A stretch of DNA of 63,490 nucleotides, counting the filler, from Octopus bimaculoides (taxonomy: Eukaryota), in assembly GCF_001194135.2 (NCBI RefSeq). It is 7 parts of 4 records of this genome, joined end to end, with 100 filler letters (N's around TTAATTAATTAA, not from the genome) between each part and the next. Parts side by side here need not be neighbours in the genome. Positions count along the whole stretch, not along the records: positions 11,818 to 30,040 come from NC_068981.1; 6 more parts are not named here. One strand, given 5' to 3'. Position numbers and translations under genes: made by a program. This document shows positions 13,651 to 28,168 of this stretch, in pieces. The notes under the pieces were generated by a model. That model worked only from the letters and a program-made list of their open reading frames with translations, had not been told where the DNA came from and made no database searches. The first letter of the stretch is position 1. Each line of letters starts with the position of its first letter.

Positions 13651-14232
13651 TATAAACATATGCATATATAGATACATATAGATGTATACATACACATACA
13701 CACGCACACATACATATATATTACGTTCAAACAAACACAGATGTACACACACATATATGTACACATGCATATATATACTTTTTAAAACCTGAGCTTGAAG
13801 CAGATAAATCGATGAATAATAACGTGTAAATATTGGGTCATAAACATTATTTATACATACATACATATATATATATATATATGCATACAGGACGTCACCA
13901 AAAGTAAACAATATGAAACATGAAGCGAAAACAAATGAGTTCAGTACGGAAACAACTAGAGAAACAAATGGAAAACAAGACAAGTAACATAAAGAACGAC
14001 CCTTCATAATTTGTTGGCTGTCTATCTACTTCGCATTTCGAGCATTGCTCGAAATGAGAAGTAGATATGTGTATGTGTGTTCGTGTATGTGTGTGTGTGT
14101 GTGTCTGTCTGTCTGTCTGTCTGTCTTCTGTCTGTCTGTTTGTGTGTGTGTGTGTGTGTGTGTCTCTGTGTTTGTATGTTCTTGTGTGTGTGTTTGTGTG
14201 TACATATATTCATATATGTAAATGTATATATT

Positions 14233-14267
<35 letters not shown>

Positions 14268-14301
14268 ATTTATGGCGGTGCTGTTTGTGTGTGCGTGTGT
14301 G

Positions 14302-14338
<37 letters not shown>

Positions 14339-15263
14339 CTGTCTGTACGCATGCATATATTTATTCGTGCATACATATACATATATTTATAAATTTGCAT
14401 TATTATGGCAATACAAACTCTTATCGACAGTATATATGTATTGCTATAAAATTCAGGTCAGACAGTATAATCATTTTGTTATTATAAATTCTTGTACAAG
14501 CGTAGTTGCCCTTGAATTTGGTAATTCATGTTGTGTTAATGGAGTGTAGTTTCGTTGTTCGCCTGGCCTAGTTAGGTAATTAGCTAGATTCACTGCTTCT
14601 TTTATTCTCTCCTTCTCTTACTCTCTCTCTATCTGTATATTTCTTTGTCTTTCTCTCTTCAAGTCACTCTTTCTTCCCCCTCCCTCACTTTTTCTCTGTT
14701 TTTCTCTCCAGCTGTAGGAATATCATGTCTAGCAGGACGATCTATAACTGCTATAAAAACTAGACGTATATATATATATATATATATATATATATNNNNN
14801 NNNNNNNNNNNNNNNNNNNNNNNNNNNNNNNNNNNNNNNNNNNNNNNNNNNNNNNNNNNNNNNNNNNNNNNNNNNNNNNNNNNNNNNNNNNNNNNNNNNN
14901 NNNNNNNNNNNNNNNNNNNNNNNNNNNNNNNNNNNNNNNNNNNNNNNNNNNNNNNNNNNNNNNNNNNNNNNNNNNNNNNNNNNNNNNNNNNNNNNNNNNN
15001 NNNNNNNNNNNNNNNNNNNNNNNNNNNNNNNNNNNNNNNNNNNNNNNNNNNNNNNNNNNNNNNNNNNNNNNNNNNNNNNNNNNNNNNNNNNNNNNNNNNN
15101 NNNNNNNNNNNNNNNNNNNNNNNNNNNNNNNNNNNNNNNNNNNNNNNNNNNNNNNNNNNNNNNNNNNNNNNNNNNNNNNNNNNNNNNNNNNNNNNNNNNN
15201 NNNNNNNNNNNNNNNNNNNNNNNNNNNNNNNNNNNNNNNNNNNNNNNNNNNNNNNNNNNNNNN

Positions 15264-15300
<37 letters not shown>

Positions 15301-15353
15301 GTGGAGAAAGATTGATGAGTAGCAGATAGGTAGACAGACAGACAGACAGACAG

Positions 15354-15417
<64 letters not shown>

Positions 15418-16094
15418 TGATTGATTGACATATAGAGACGTAGATACATTGTTATTCATATTAATATTCGTTATGGTTTATTTTTATGAATTAACATGAG
15501 AATATGCTGAGAATGAAATGTATAGTACGTTATAAGAATAACAAAGAGAGAGAAATGTGCAAACGAACTAAGAAATTAAATGATCATAGTTTGTCGACGA
15601 AATGGTTGACCACGTTCTCGTCTTGCTCTAATTTGCGTTGCAGGTGCGCGCGCGCATGTGTTTTTGTGAGGGCGAGAGAGAGAGAGAGAGAGAGGGAGAG
15701 AGAGCATGTGTGCGTGAGTCTGTGTTATCTGTATCCCCTCTTATTGCTCTTTGTCTGTTTCAGCTATTACTTGGCCTGTATCTTTCCCCATACATTATTA
15801 ACTCTTTATATAAATATGTATTGAAAATTGTCGTGCTTGTTTGCGTGTGCGCGCGCGTGTTTTTGCGTGTGCGCGCGCGTGTTTTTGTGTGTGCGCGCGT
15901 GTGTATGTGTGTGTATGTGTTTCTGTTTGCTTTTTATCTCTCTCATTTGTTTATGTTTTCTACCCTTGGTGGTGGTTCGTTGATAAACCGTATCATAGGG
16001 GCCACCCTCACCGCGTCCCCTAATTCGTATTAACCTGTTGCCTAATCGCTTAAAACATTCTGAAGTAGGAGGAGGGGGAGGGGAGCAGGGGCAT

Positions 16095-16151
<57 letters not shown>

Positions 16152-16159
16152 AGCTACTT

Positions 16160-16220
<61 letters not shown>

Positions 16221-17069
16221 CAATGTTTGATAACCGGTACTGGATTCTTTATGCTCTGTACAGTAGCGGTTTGACAAAGGGCCGATAGAATTATATACCA
16301 AACTTTTTTTTAAATAAAAAAAGAGATAAACTCTGGAGTGAATTTGTTCCACTAATCCGATCCAGGTGCTGATTCCTTATCATGGCTACAGTCCAATGAC
16401 TGAGACCAAAAAAAAAAAAAAAAGAAAGAAAAGAAGAGCAAAATGTTGGTCATTGCTGTCTTAATAATGAATAATAAAGACTTTCAATGGCGACATTCAT
16501 TTGGTCAAGATAATCCTATTGTTATGACTCCTCTATCAGGAGATCGTATAAAACAACAGATTGAGCGAATGAAAAAAAAAAAACAGAGTTAATTTTTCTT
16601 AATATGTCTGAATGATTAAATGATTGTCAAATTGATTGATGAATCGATTGATTGAATTTTGTTTTTCTTTTTTCACGAATTAAACGGTGGAGGGATGATA
16701 GCATCTATCTCCCGTCTCAAGGGCTTCGGAATAGGTGAGCGGATGTTCCAAGGTTATTTACAGAAAGCAAACTTAGTTCGCATGCTTTGCAAATATGTCG
16801 GTTCTCCTATAGAAAATCCAAAGGTCATGCAGTGTTCTTAAACTTAGTAATGGCTTAAGTTTAACATCAAAGAACAGAAGTGTTCCTTCAGATGGGTTAT
16901 CCCACAGTTGTCATCTCCTAACTTTCAATCACAACGTTATATCGATCCAAGGCTATGCCACTAGCCACTACGAGTTCTTTCTCTTTCTTATTCTTGTTTA
17001 AACTATGCAAGCTTTCTAAGCCATGTTTTCTCCTTTTTTTGCGTCAACTGGAGATAAGATCGGGCATTT

Positions 17070-17114
17070 GTCGTGCTGATGAGGGCCGTTGAGGAAGAAA
17101 CACGTATCCACGAC
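17070..17114 (+). ncRNA. Degenerate type I hammerhead ribozyme motif
   Basis: GUCGUG-CUGAUGA-GGGCCGUUGAGGAA-GAA-ACACGUAU-C-CACGAC. Perfect 6-bp stem I, full core and near-palindromic stem III; stem II is damaged. Confidence 0.5.
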
Positions 17115-18036
17115 TGTCCTCTTATCTCCAAACAGTAAAATTATTCCTTTCCTTAATTTCACGTAAATTTTGAAAAATACTTGATTTTTTGAGACTATCT
17201 CCCCTTCTCAAGTATATTTGGTCTTAATAGCCGTTTGGTAATTATGATGCAACTTCTAGAAGCGGAGATAATTTCCAAGAATTTTTGAAGTATGGCATTA
17301 GACATATCTGTATTTATCTATGTTATCCAAATACATGACACTGGCCACTTCTTATTTCTCTAAGCTCACTTTTGTTTATAATAGAACACACCTGATTTAA
17401 GTGCCATTAGGCTGGATTAATATCCATCCACGTGCCTGAGCATTTAACTTTTTAACAGGATGAGAATAAACTGTCAGAGACGGTAGATCGCTGCCAGTAA
17501 ATTCTTTTTCAATATTTACTTTCCTTTTGCTATGAGTTCAAATCACACCGAGGTCGGCCGAGGAACCTGTCAAATACTGAGATCGATATAGTTGACTGTC
17601 TCCATTCCCCTATTACTGACCTTCTGACTATAAAAGAAGTCAATATTTATTAATATTTTAGATTCCTTTGGTGGTTGGTTGAATAGTAAAAACAGTCGAG
17701 TATTGGACTATCATAAGCCACGTGGTATTTACTTCCGTCCCTTTGCATTCACTGTCCATATCCTTCCGGTACGTTGCTTTTAATCTTTTTGTACTAAAAT
17801 CGATTCAATTGACTATAGCCATTCCTTTGCAAACTTCTGGTTTGTGTCAATCATAAAAATCAATACCTGTTTCCTTTTAGTATTCTGAGTTTAAATGTTC
17901 AAATGATACTGGTTTCAAATTTGCCTTTCATCCCAACGTAGTCGGTAAAATCAAACTATAAAATTTTTCATTTATAAATTTCAGACATTTTTCAACAGTC
18001 ATTATTATATTAATTTCTGAGTCGATATTTGAACTA

Positions 18037-18139
<103 letters not shown>

Positions 18140-18490
18140 TAATTATTTTTTATTTGCCACAGCGGTATTGATGAGGGGGAATAATATAATAAATATCAGA
18201 AAAGAAGAAAAAAGAGAAAATTATATATTATAAACACGTATGTGTGTGTGTGTGTGTATCTCACTCTCTCTTTCTCTCTTTGTCTCTCNNNNNNNNNNNN
18301 NNNNNNNNNNNNNNNNNNNNNNNNNNNNNNNNNNNNNNNNNNNNNNNNNNNNNNNNNNNNNNNNNNNNNNNNNNNNNNNNNNNNNNNNNNNNNNNNNNNN
18401 NNNNNNNNNNNNNNNNNNNNNNNNNNNNNNNNNNNNNNNNNNNNNNNNNTATATATATATATATATATATATGTATATAATGAATATTGT

Positions 18491-18541
<51 letters not shown>

Positions 18542-20523
18542 CGTGTGTGTGTGTGCATGCATGCACACACATATATCAATATCTACATACATACATGTGT
18601 GTATGTGCCGTGCATATGTGTGTGAGCGAATGTATGCATTTCCAAATCTCAAATACAATATAACATTTAATACAATATTACACAATACAAACAGCTAAAC
18701 TGTCGGTCACTAATGTTAACATATTAATTAGTTGCAAATGAGAATCAAATGAATAATAATAGCACACATAATGAAAGTTAATCAATTGTAATGTTAGTGA
18801 TTAATAGCACTGCACTGAATGTAGTCAGCTAGTGTAATAAACAGCTAATATGATGTGATCGATTTTATAGCACACTGCATATTTCATAATAAACATGCAA
18901 CTAAGCAACTGGTCACTAATATGACGTAAGATGTGATAGTGGTGATAGTGGTGATGGTGGTAGTTATAGTTAATACACAACATAATGAGCCTCATATATA
19001 TATATATATATATATATANNNNNNNNNNNNNNNNNNNNNNNNNNNNNNNNNNNNNNNNNNNNNNNNNNNNNNNNNNNNNNNNNNNNNNNNNNNNNNNNNN
19101 NNNNNNNNNNNNNNNNNNNNNNNNNNNNNNNNNNNNNNNNNNNNNNNNNNNNNNNNNNNNNNNNNNNNNNNNNNNNNNNNNNNNNNNNNNNNNNNNNNNN
19201 NNNNNNNNNNNNNNNNNNNNNNNNNNNNNNNNNNNNNNNNNNNNNNNNNNNNNNNNNNNNNNNNNNNNNNNNNNNNNNNNNNNNNNNNNNNNNNNNNNNN
19301 NNNNNNNNNNNNNNNNNNNNNNNNNNNNNNNNNNNNNNNNNNNNNNNNNNNNNNNNNNNNNNNNNNNNNNNNNNNNNNNNNNNNNNNNNNNNNNNNNNNN
19401 NNNNNNNNNNNNNNNNNNNNNNNNNNNNNNNNNNNNNNNNNNNNNNNNNNNNNNNNNNNNNNNNNNNNNNNNNNNNNNNNNNNNNNNNNNNNNNNNNNNN
19501 NNNNNNNNNNNNNNNNNNNNNNNNNNNNNNNNNNNNNNNNNNNNNNNNNNNNNNNNNNNNNNNNNNNNNNNNNNNNNNNNNNNNNNNNNNNNNNNNNNNN
19601 NNNNNNNNNNNNNNNNNNNNNNNNNNNNNNNNNNNNNNNNNNNNNNNNNNNNNNNNNNNNNNNNNNNNNNNNNNNNNNNNNNNNNNNNNNNNNNNNNNNN
19701 NNNNNNNNNNNNNNNNNNNNNNNNNNNNNNNNNNNNNNNNNNNNNNNNNNNNNNNNNNNNNNNNNNNNNNNNNNNNNNNNNNNNNNNNNNNNNNNNNNNN
19801 NNNNNTATATATATATATATATATATATATATGGTGAAAAAATCTGGAGCAAAGAAACGGTAAAATGATTTTAAGGGAGTTATTTCGTCGCTGTTTCTAG
19901 CTGGATGAATGTCTGTTTGACTGCACACTCTTGGTGGTTGTGCTGGTGAGCATATCGGTCTTGTGAGTATTGTGAAGGAAAAAGTTTAAAATATGGTGTG
20001 AGTTGAAAGTAAGATGTATAGAAACAATATAAACGAGAAATGATAATGAAAATGAAAGTGAAATTATAACAGAAGATATTAAGAAAGAAATTATGAGAGG
20101 TGGAATAGACGGAGAGGGACAGACAGACAGAGGAAAATAGGGAAACGAGAGAGAGATATAAGATACAGAAAGAGGGAGTAGGGCTGAGAATAAGAAAAAG
20201 AGACAAGGGCAGAGAGTGCTATACTGGGTCAAAAAGTGGAAATAAAAGTAAAGGAGAATAAACGTGAGGAAGTGACGGGGAGAAAGAAAAGGGAGTGAGA
20301 GACGTAGAGGAAGAGAGACACTGCAAACGGGAGAAGGAGACAGAACGAGAGAATGAGAGATTACGCGAATGAAAATAAAAGTGTGGTTATGAAGGAAATT
20401 TATGGGTATTGAAAAAAAAAAACAGATCAAACAACAGAGAAAAAGAGAATGCCAAAATCAGACATCTAGCTATTAAGATAGATAGATAGATAGACAGACA
20501 AACAGACAGACAGACAGACAGTC

Positions 20524-20609
<86 letters not shown>

Positions 20610-20878
20610 GAGTGTTGTTGTGTGGGTGAGATTTGAATGGATGGACAGACGGACGGATGGATGGATGGATGGATGGATAAAGAGAGAAAGAGTGGTGGGG
20701 ACAGAAAGAAAATGAGGGAAACTAGGTAAAGATAAAGACAAGATTATTAAGTTGGAGAAAGCAAGAATGGGACGATAAAGTGCAGGATGTGTGGTGAGTA
20801 AAAAACAAAAAAAAATGAACTGGAGAGAAAGAGACGATTATGGAGAAAGAAAGATTGGATATGAGTAACAGAGAGAAT

Positions 20879-20910
<32 letters not shown>

Positions 20911-21867
20911 AAGTGAGAGAAACGAAGGAAGAGAGAGAGAACGCGAGACTGAGAATAAAAAGGAGATGGTGATGTTAGATGTTAGAGGGGAAACAGAAGA
21001 ACAAACAACTGAATCAGACAGAGAGATAGACAGACTGATAGAGCGATTGCAAGATGCTGTAGGAAGGAAGATTTGGTGGCCGAGAGATGGGATGTTAGAA
21101 TAAAAGAATTGATGATAGTTTATGAGTGGGTGTGTTGAAAGATAATTAGTTGATGTTGAGGCAAAGAGGCAAACGAAGGGATTGTAATGGTATGTGTGTG
21201 TGTGTGTGTGTGTGTTGATGTGTTTGCAATTGTGTGTGTAAGTGTAGATGCAGTTGTCAGTATAAGTGTATGTAGTAGATGTGTTTGTATACATGTGTGA
21301 ATTTGTCTGTAGTGTTAATATCTGTATGTGTATGTGTGTAGCTGCTTTTGTATATATANNNNNNNNNNNNNNNNNNNNNNNNNNNNNNNNNNNNNNNNNN
21401 NNNNNNNNNNNNNNNNNNNNNNNNNNNNNNNNNNNNNNNNNNNNNNNNNNNNNNNNNNNNNNNNNNNNNNNNNNNNNNNNNNNNNNNNNNNNNNNNNNNN
21501 NNNNNNNNNNNNNNNNNNNNNNNNNNNNNNNNNNNNNNNNNNNNNNNNNNNNNNNNNNNNNNNNNNNNNNNNNNNNNNNNNNNNNNNNNNNNNNNNNNNN
21601 NNNNNNNNNNNNNNNNNNNNNNNNNNNNNNNNNNNNNNNNNNNNNNNNNNNNNNNNNNNNNNNNNNNNNNNNNNNNNNNNNNNNNNNNNNNNNNNNNNNN
21701 NNNNNNNNNNNNNNNNNNNNNNNNNNNNNNNNNNNNNNNNNNNNNNNNNNNNNNNNNNNATGTGTGTGTATATGCATGCGTCGGTAGTTGCGTTTATATG
21801 TGTATGTGTGTGCATGGTTTTAAGCATATGTATGTGTATATCTATGTACCTATGCACATGGGTTGTG

Positions 21868-21905
<38 letters not shown>

Positions 21906-22350
21906 GTACGTACCCGTGTGGGTTGTATATGTGTATGTATATTTATATATGTGCATGTGTATGGGCGCGTGTTTTCAGTATATTTCTGTGTGCATGTGCG
22001 CGCGCATACCTGTGTGCAAATACATGTGCTTCTGTGCATATAAATCAGTTCATGTGTACGCGTTTATGCATATCTGTTTGTGCTTGCGAACGTGTATGTG
22101 TGTGTGTGAAACCGCGTTTTAGTTGTGGCGGTAGTGATGGTGGGATGAGTTGTAATGGAGAGTAGTATGAGTAAGGATGTAACTTAAGAAAGAGGAGAGC
22201 GAAGTGGTGTGTGAATGTGTATTTTTTTCTCTGTGTATATATGTGAATGGATGCATATATACACGACTGCTTGTGTGTGTTTATAGATATATATATGTGT
22301 ACACGATGCTTGTATGTGAGTGTATGTATATGTCTTTTTCCATGTATGCA

Positions 22351-22403
<53 letters not shown>

Positions 22404-22631
22404 AAGGATGTCTGCTTGTGTATGTGGGTGTGTTTTGTTTCCGTGCAAGTGTGTGTGTGTTTGTGTACTAGAAAGATTGTGTATGTGTCCACGTAAGGAA
22501 AAAAAAAGCAAGAAAAAGAGATTGAGAGGCTCGGTCAGTTTGAAAAACAAAGGATGTGGGGTAGTGAGAGGGGGGGAGAGTCAGTCGTCTGACAGATAAA
22601 AAGAGAGACGAAGAGAGAGAGAGAGAGAGAC

Positions 22632-22755
22632 AGATAGACAAGCAGAGAGAGAGAGAGAGAGAGAGATAGACAAGCAGAGAGAGATAGACAAGCAGAGAGA
22701 GATAGACAAGCAGAGAGAGATAGACAAGCAGAGAGAGATAGACAAGCAGAGAGAG
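22632..22755. repeat. 18-bp minisatellite (agatagacaagcagagag)n, about 6 copies
   Basis: Read directly from the sequence. Confidence 0.9.
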
Positions 22756-23612
22756 AGAGACGAAGAGAGACAGAGATCGACAGACAGGCAAAGAGAGATA
22801 GACAGACAGACAGACAGAAAGAAAGAGAGAGAGACAGACAGAGAAAGAAAGCAAGTGAGAGAGAGAGAGGAAATAGACCAAATCGAAATCGAAAACAAAA
22901 TAAAATAAAATACGAAAGAAAAAGAAAAAAAATGCTTTGATAGGGTGAGTGCGGAGGTTGCCAGATTAGGTTATGATAGGTGGGTAGGAGTGTTTGAGTC
23001 GTGTCTGTGATGAAGTCGGTGGTTTGGTGGTGGTGGTGGTTGTGGTTGTGGTGGTGGTGGTGGTGGTGGTGGTTGTGGTGGTGGTGGTGGTGGGCGTGAT
23101 GGTGTTAGTGGTGGACATGGTGGTATTGCTGATGGNNNNNNNNNNNNNNNNNNNNNNNNNNNNNNNNNNNNNNNNNNNNNNNNNNNNNNNNNNNNNNNNN
23201 NNNNNNNNNNNNNNNNNNNNNNNNNNNNNNNNNNNNNNNNNNNNNNNNNNNNNNNNNNNNNNNNNNNNNNNNTACTAGTAGTAGTAGTAGTAGTAATAGT
23301 AGCAGCAGTAGTGATGGTGGTGGTGGTGGTGGTGGTGGTGGTGGTGGTGGTGGTGTTTTGAGTTGCGGAAAGCTAAACAATAATTATGATATGTTAATGA
23401 CACACCGAATGTGCTCCCCAACACTCCCACACCTTCAAACAAGAGTGCACAAACAAACAAGCGCGCGCACACGCATAGGCACACACACATGCACGCGCAC
23501 ACATACCGTTTCCAGTGCACCTCACTCCATCCACCAGATTCACATTTTAATGCAACTTCGTTGTTTGTATTGAGACGATGGCTTGCAATTACATTTGTGT
23601 ATGTGTGCGCGC

Positions 23613-23648
<36 letters not shown>

Positions 23649-23728
23649 GTGTGTGTGTGTGCGTGGATGGATGTGTGGGTACGCGTTTGTATATGTATAT
23701 GTACTTACATACACGCGGATATATATAT

Positions 23729-24092
23729 AGGCGCAGGAGTGACTGTGTGGTAAGTAGCTTGCCTATCAACCACATGGTTCCGGGTTCAGTCCCACTGCGT
23801 GGCACCTTGGGCAAGTGTCTTCGGGCCGTCCAAAGTCTTGTGAGGGGATTTGGTAGACGGAAACTGAAAGAAGCCCGTTGTATATATGTCTATGTGTATA
23901 TGTGTGTGTGTGTGTGTATGTGTGTCTGTGTTTGTCCTCCCAACATCGCTTGACAACTGATGCTGGTGTGTTTACGTCCCCGTAAATTAGTGGTTCGGCA
24001 AGAGACGGATAGAAGAAGTACTAGGCTTACAAAGAATAAGTCCTGGGGTCCAGCATGGCCGCAGTCCAATAACTGAAACAAGTAAAAGAGTA
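23729..24092 (+). mobile_element. SINE family A (tRNA-like head, internal AT/GT microsatellite)
   Basis: Head aggcgcaggagtgactgtgtggtaag...gggttcagtccc; body and ccagcatggccgcagtc tail shared with many copies in the window. Confidence 0.9.
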
Positions 24093-24103
24093 TACACATT
24101 ATA

Positions 24104-24181
24104 CAGGGTGTCCCAAAATATTTGGCATCATTTCATCACCATTTCATCTCAAATCATATCAAATATTGGGAGGACACCCTA
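24104..24181. mobile_element. 78-bp Tc1/mariner-type MITE
   Basis: TA-cagggtgtcccaaaatatttg...caaatattgggaggacacccta-TA; imperfect TIRs make up most of the element. Confidence 0.65.
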
Positions 24182-24189
24182 TATGTATA

Positions 24190-24492
24190 TTCTTATATTG
24201 GTTTTAATCATTTGATTGCGGCCATACTGGAGCACCGAACAAATCGACTCCAGGACTTCCTCGTTGTAAGCCTAGTACTTATTCTATCGGTCTCTTTAGC
24301 TGAGCCGCTAAGTTAGTGGGGCGTAGACACACCAACATCAGTTGTCAAGCGACGGGCTTCTTTCAGTTTGCGTCGACCAAATCCACTCACAAGGGACAAT
24401 TGTAAGAGACACTTACCCAAGGTGCCACGCAGTAGGGCTGAACCCGGAACCATGTGGTTGGGAAGCAAGATTCTTACCACACAGCCACGCCT
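24190..24492 (-). mobile_element. SINE family A, diverged and internally deleted
   Basis: Reverse complement of family A, tail-to-tail with the 23.7 kb copy. Confidence 0.8.
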
Positions 24493-25454
24493 ATACCTAT
24501 TTATATATATATATATATATATNNNNNNNNNNNNNNNNNNNNNNNNNNNNNNNNNNNNNNNNNNNNNNNNNNNNNNNNNNNNNNNNNNNNNNNNNNNNNN
24601 NNNNNNNNNNNNNNNNNNNNNNNNNNNNNNNNNNNNNNNNNNNNNNNNNNNNNNNNNNNNNNNNNNNNNNNNNNNNNNNNNNNNNNNNNNNNNNNNNNNN
24701 NNNNNNNNNNNNNNNNNNNNNNNNNNNNNNNNNNNNNNNNNNNNNNNNNNNNNNNNNNNNNNNNNNNNNNNNNNNNNNNNNNNNNNNNNNNNNNNNNNNN
24801 NNNNNNNNNNNNNNNATATATGCATACGTTTATCAGGCGTCAATATTGAACTCTCATTGGATGGAGTACTCTTCGTATTGTTTTAAGCAGTTAATTTCTT
24901 GTGTATATATATATATATATATACCTCGTGGCCTGGTGGTTAGGATATCAGGCTCACGATCATAAGGGCGTGTGTTCGATTTCTGGATTGGCCGTCGAAT
25001 CTAGACTATGATTTAGATTAGAGCTATAGCGGAGGTGTTTGGGACACATGCTGTCAAAAGAAACGGATGTAAGAGTCAATAACCACAACACACATCATCT
25101 ATGACAGGCAGTCTGTCGATACTCGGTGATGGATGTCCATTTGAGATGTTTTCAGTTGAAGTATTAAAAATAGGTCAATCGTTTCCACTGGTGCTTTCCT
25201 CAGTTGGTGGATTTACTGCTGCTATCGATGCCTAATCTACTCATATTACAGTTAGTTTGACGTTTCAGAAGGATCTTCTTTACACAAGTTCAAAAATATC
25301 ATCATTGAATATATGTTCGTGCCTTGATGAAAGAGAATACGTCTTTCGCGCTTAAAGCGGAAGTGCTTAGAACGCATGATATTAACGAAGGTGGAAGGCA
25401 GATATATGAGAGGAAACAAAAAAAAAAAAACTATAACATATGATGTATAGTCTG

Positions 25455-25838
25455 TGACTGTGTGGTAAGAAACTTGCTTCTCAACTGCATGATTCCGGGT
25501 TCAGTCCTGCTACATTGCACCTCATGCAAGTGTTTTCTACTACAGCCTCGGGGGGACCCAAGCCTTGTGAGATGATTTAGTAAACGGAAATTGGAAAAAA
25601 CCAGTGATACACACATACACGTGTGTGTGTGTGTGTGTGTGAGAGTGTGTGTGTGTCTTTGTGTCTATGTTTGTGCCCCAACATCACTTGACAACCGGTG
25701 TTGATGTGTTTACGTCCTCGTACTTAGCGGTGCAGCAAAAGATAGAATTAGTATTAGGCTAAAAAATCCTGGTGTCAATTCATTGGACTAAAACTTCCTT
25801 CAAGACGGTACCCCAACATCACTGCAGTCAAATGACTG
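25455..25838 (+). mobile_element. SINE family A, diverged
   Basis: Colinear with the family A copies. Confidence 0.8.
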
Positions 25839-25942
25839 TTGTAGTGCACCTGAGCACCATATACAACAATTTCTTTCAAATGCATATATATANNNNNNNN
25901 NNNNNNNNNNNNNNNNNNNNNNNNNNNNNNNNNNNNNNNNNN

Positions 25943-25981
<39 letters not shown>

Positions 25982-26299
25982 ATACGTATACACGTGTGTA
26001 TGTATGTTTGTATATTAAATTAACTTAGGTATCTTAGATAGGATTTGGCCATTGTTAGCCTAGGGCATGTTTAACTTAATAGAACCATTATTGCTTTCTT
26101 GTATATACAGACATGTTTCGTAGTAGGGTGGAAGGATGTATAGCAATTTTGAACCAATCCCGGTATATTATTACAACTATTAATATAAATAAAAAGATAA
26201 ACAGCCAAGCCTCGGATTTGTTACACAAATAGATCACACATGTTCGGGAAGAGGTGGTGGTGGCGATGGTGGTGATAGTGGTGGTGGTGGTAGTAGCAA

Positions 26300-26350
<51 letters not shown>

Positions 26351-28060
26351 CAGCAGCAGCATTAGTAGACATTGTTGGTGTTATTTTAGAGTGGTAGAGA
26401 TGAAGGCGAATGTGAAGTCTTACAGTTTCTGTTAGTTCAATGTTATAAATGTTGGCCTTCACTTACAGTCCTGCGTGCTAATTATTGACCTTCACTTACA
26501 GCTTTGTTTCAAAATATTTCACTGCCAGCTTCTTTTATCGACCCCGAAGAGAGTGGGGTTGAAAGGTAAGGTCTTCTCTAGTGGACTTTAGAGTAGAATT
26601 ATAGATTGATTTAATACTGTGGGTTTAACAAGTTTTAATGTTGAACTGAAATATCTGCAATGGTCATTCAACCGTGAACGACATCAAAAATCATCGTTAT
26701 GACATGAGCAGAGACGTACAGTGCTTAGAAAGGTTACGACGTCTCTAATATGTGAACCTTGCAATAAACTGTTGACAGTTAGATAGTAGCTAATAGCTAT
26801 TATTAATCTGTAGTTGCAGACTCCGAGTAATTATTTATAGTTATTTTATCGACCTATGAAAGATGAAAGAGAAAAAATGGAAAGAAGAGAAGAAAGAATC
26901 CCAAACTAAAGGAGGTTGTTGGCAAAGAATTTACAAAGATTTAATATATTTCTAAGGTGTTCTGAATCAGCGAATAATAGTTTCTTCAGTTGGTACAAAG
27001 AAGCAAATTCTTAAAAGAGAGAGGGGACTGAATCAGCTATTGTATATGAACAAGGTACTTATCTTATGAATGGGAATGGCGAAGTCACTTTTCAAATGGA
27101 TTTTGGACTGGAAATTTAAGCAGAAATTTAAATATAGCATCTACTTTAATTTAGACATGTTCCCATCCAGATTGTCCCTTTCCTCGCTGCTTAGACACCT
27201 AGGCCTAATTTTCACGGTAAAACTAAATACACACGATTATGGCTTCCGCGTATATGTACGCGCGCGCGCGCGTGTATACGTATACACGTAAATGCATACA
27301 TGCACACGCACACACAAACACACACACACACACACATATTGCTAAAATCCACATTAGCATATCCCCGCCGATTTCGAATTTGCCTTTCACCATTCCGATG
27401 TAGGTAGAAAGAGATTACCGGCTTAATACATTAATCATTCACCCACCGCCACCACTATCGACAAAATCGTAAGTCTTCTCCAAGGAATCAATTCTCCAAC
27501 TGCTACCCTTCTACTGTTATGTAAATGAGTTTGTACTTAGTCAATGCACTTGTTTACATCTTAATAAGTAAACTTTAGACAATATTATCAGCAGTTTGGA
27601 AGCAAGTGAGAAAGGTGAATGAATCTTCGTGAATTGTTAAATTATAATTCTTTCTCTTTTTGACGAAAGGTATGGAATTTGATGGGAGTGGGGTGATGTT
27701 CGATTACATCGACCCCAGTGCGCAACTGGTACTTACTTTATTGACCCAGAAAGAATGAAATGCAAATGCGACCTCGGCAGGATTTCAACCCAGAACATGA
27801 AGACGGACTAAATGCCGTTAAGGACTCCGTTAAGTTCGCCTCCTTTTTAAACAGTAATGCAACAGGCTGGTGTAATTCGCATTACAAACTTCGAAATTGA
27901 CACTCGTGGGCCTTTTTTCGTCAGCGTGAGTCAGCGCTGGATGAACCATTAAGCAAAATAAGCATCAAGGGAAGGAGGGGCATCACAGAAATGGTAAATA
28001 GTTTACGGCACAAAATGAAATCACTTCAAAGTTGCTAAAATAATATTCGGGATGCCTTTA

Positions 28061-28168
28061 CCTCTACTAAGCATAGATTCAGATGTGCTACCTAAGATTA
28101 ATTTTGAGGATCTGATCAGAGACTTTGCAATTCAAACATGTAGGAGGAAACTTTTCAAATATAAATGA
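28061..28168 (+). mobile_element. hAT transposase C-terminal remnant
   Basis: LLSIDSDVLPKINFEDLIRDFAIQTCRRK resembles the end of hAT dimerisation domains; the match is short. Confidence 0.5.

Noticed and set aside
22632-22755. Regular 18-bp repeats as possible CRISPR array
   Set aside because: No unique spacers, eukaryotic context; a minisatellite.
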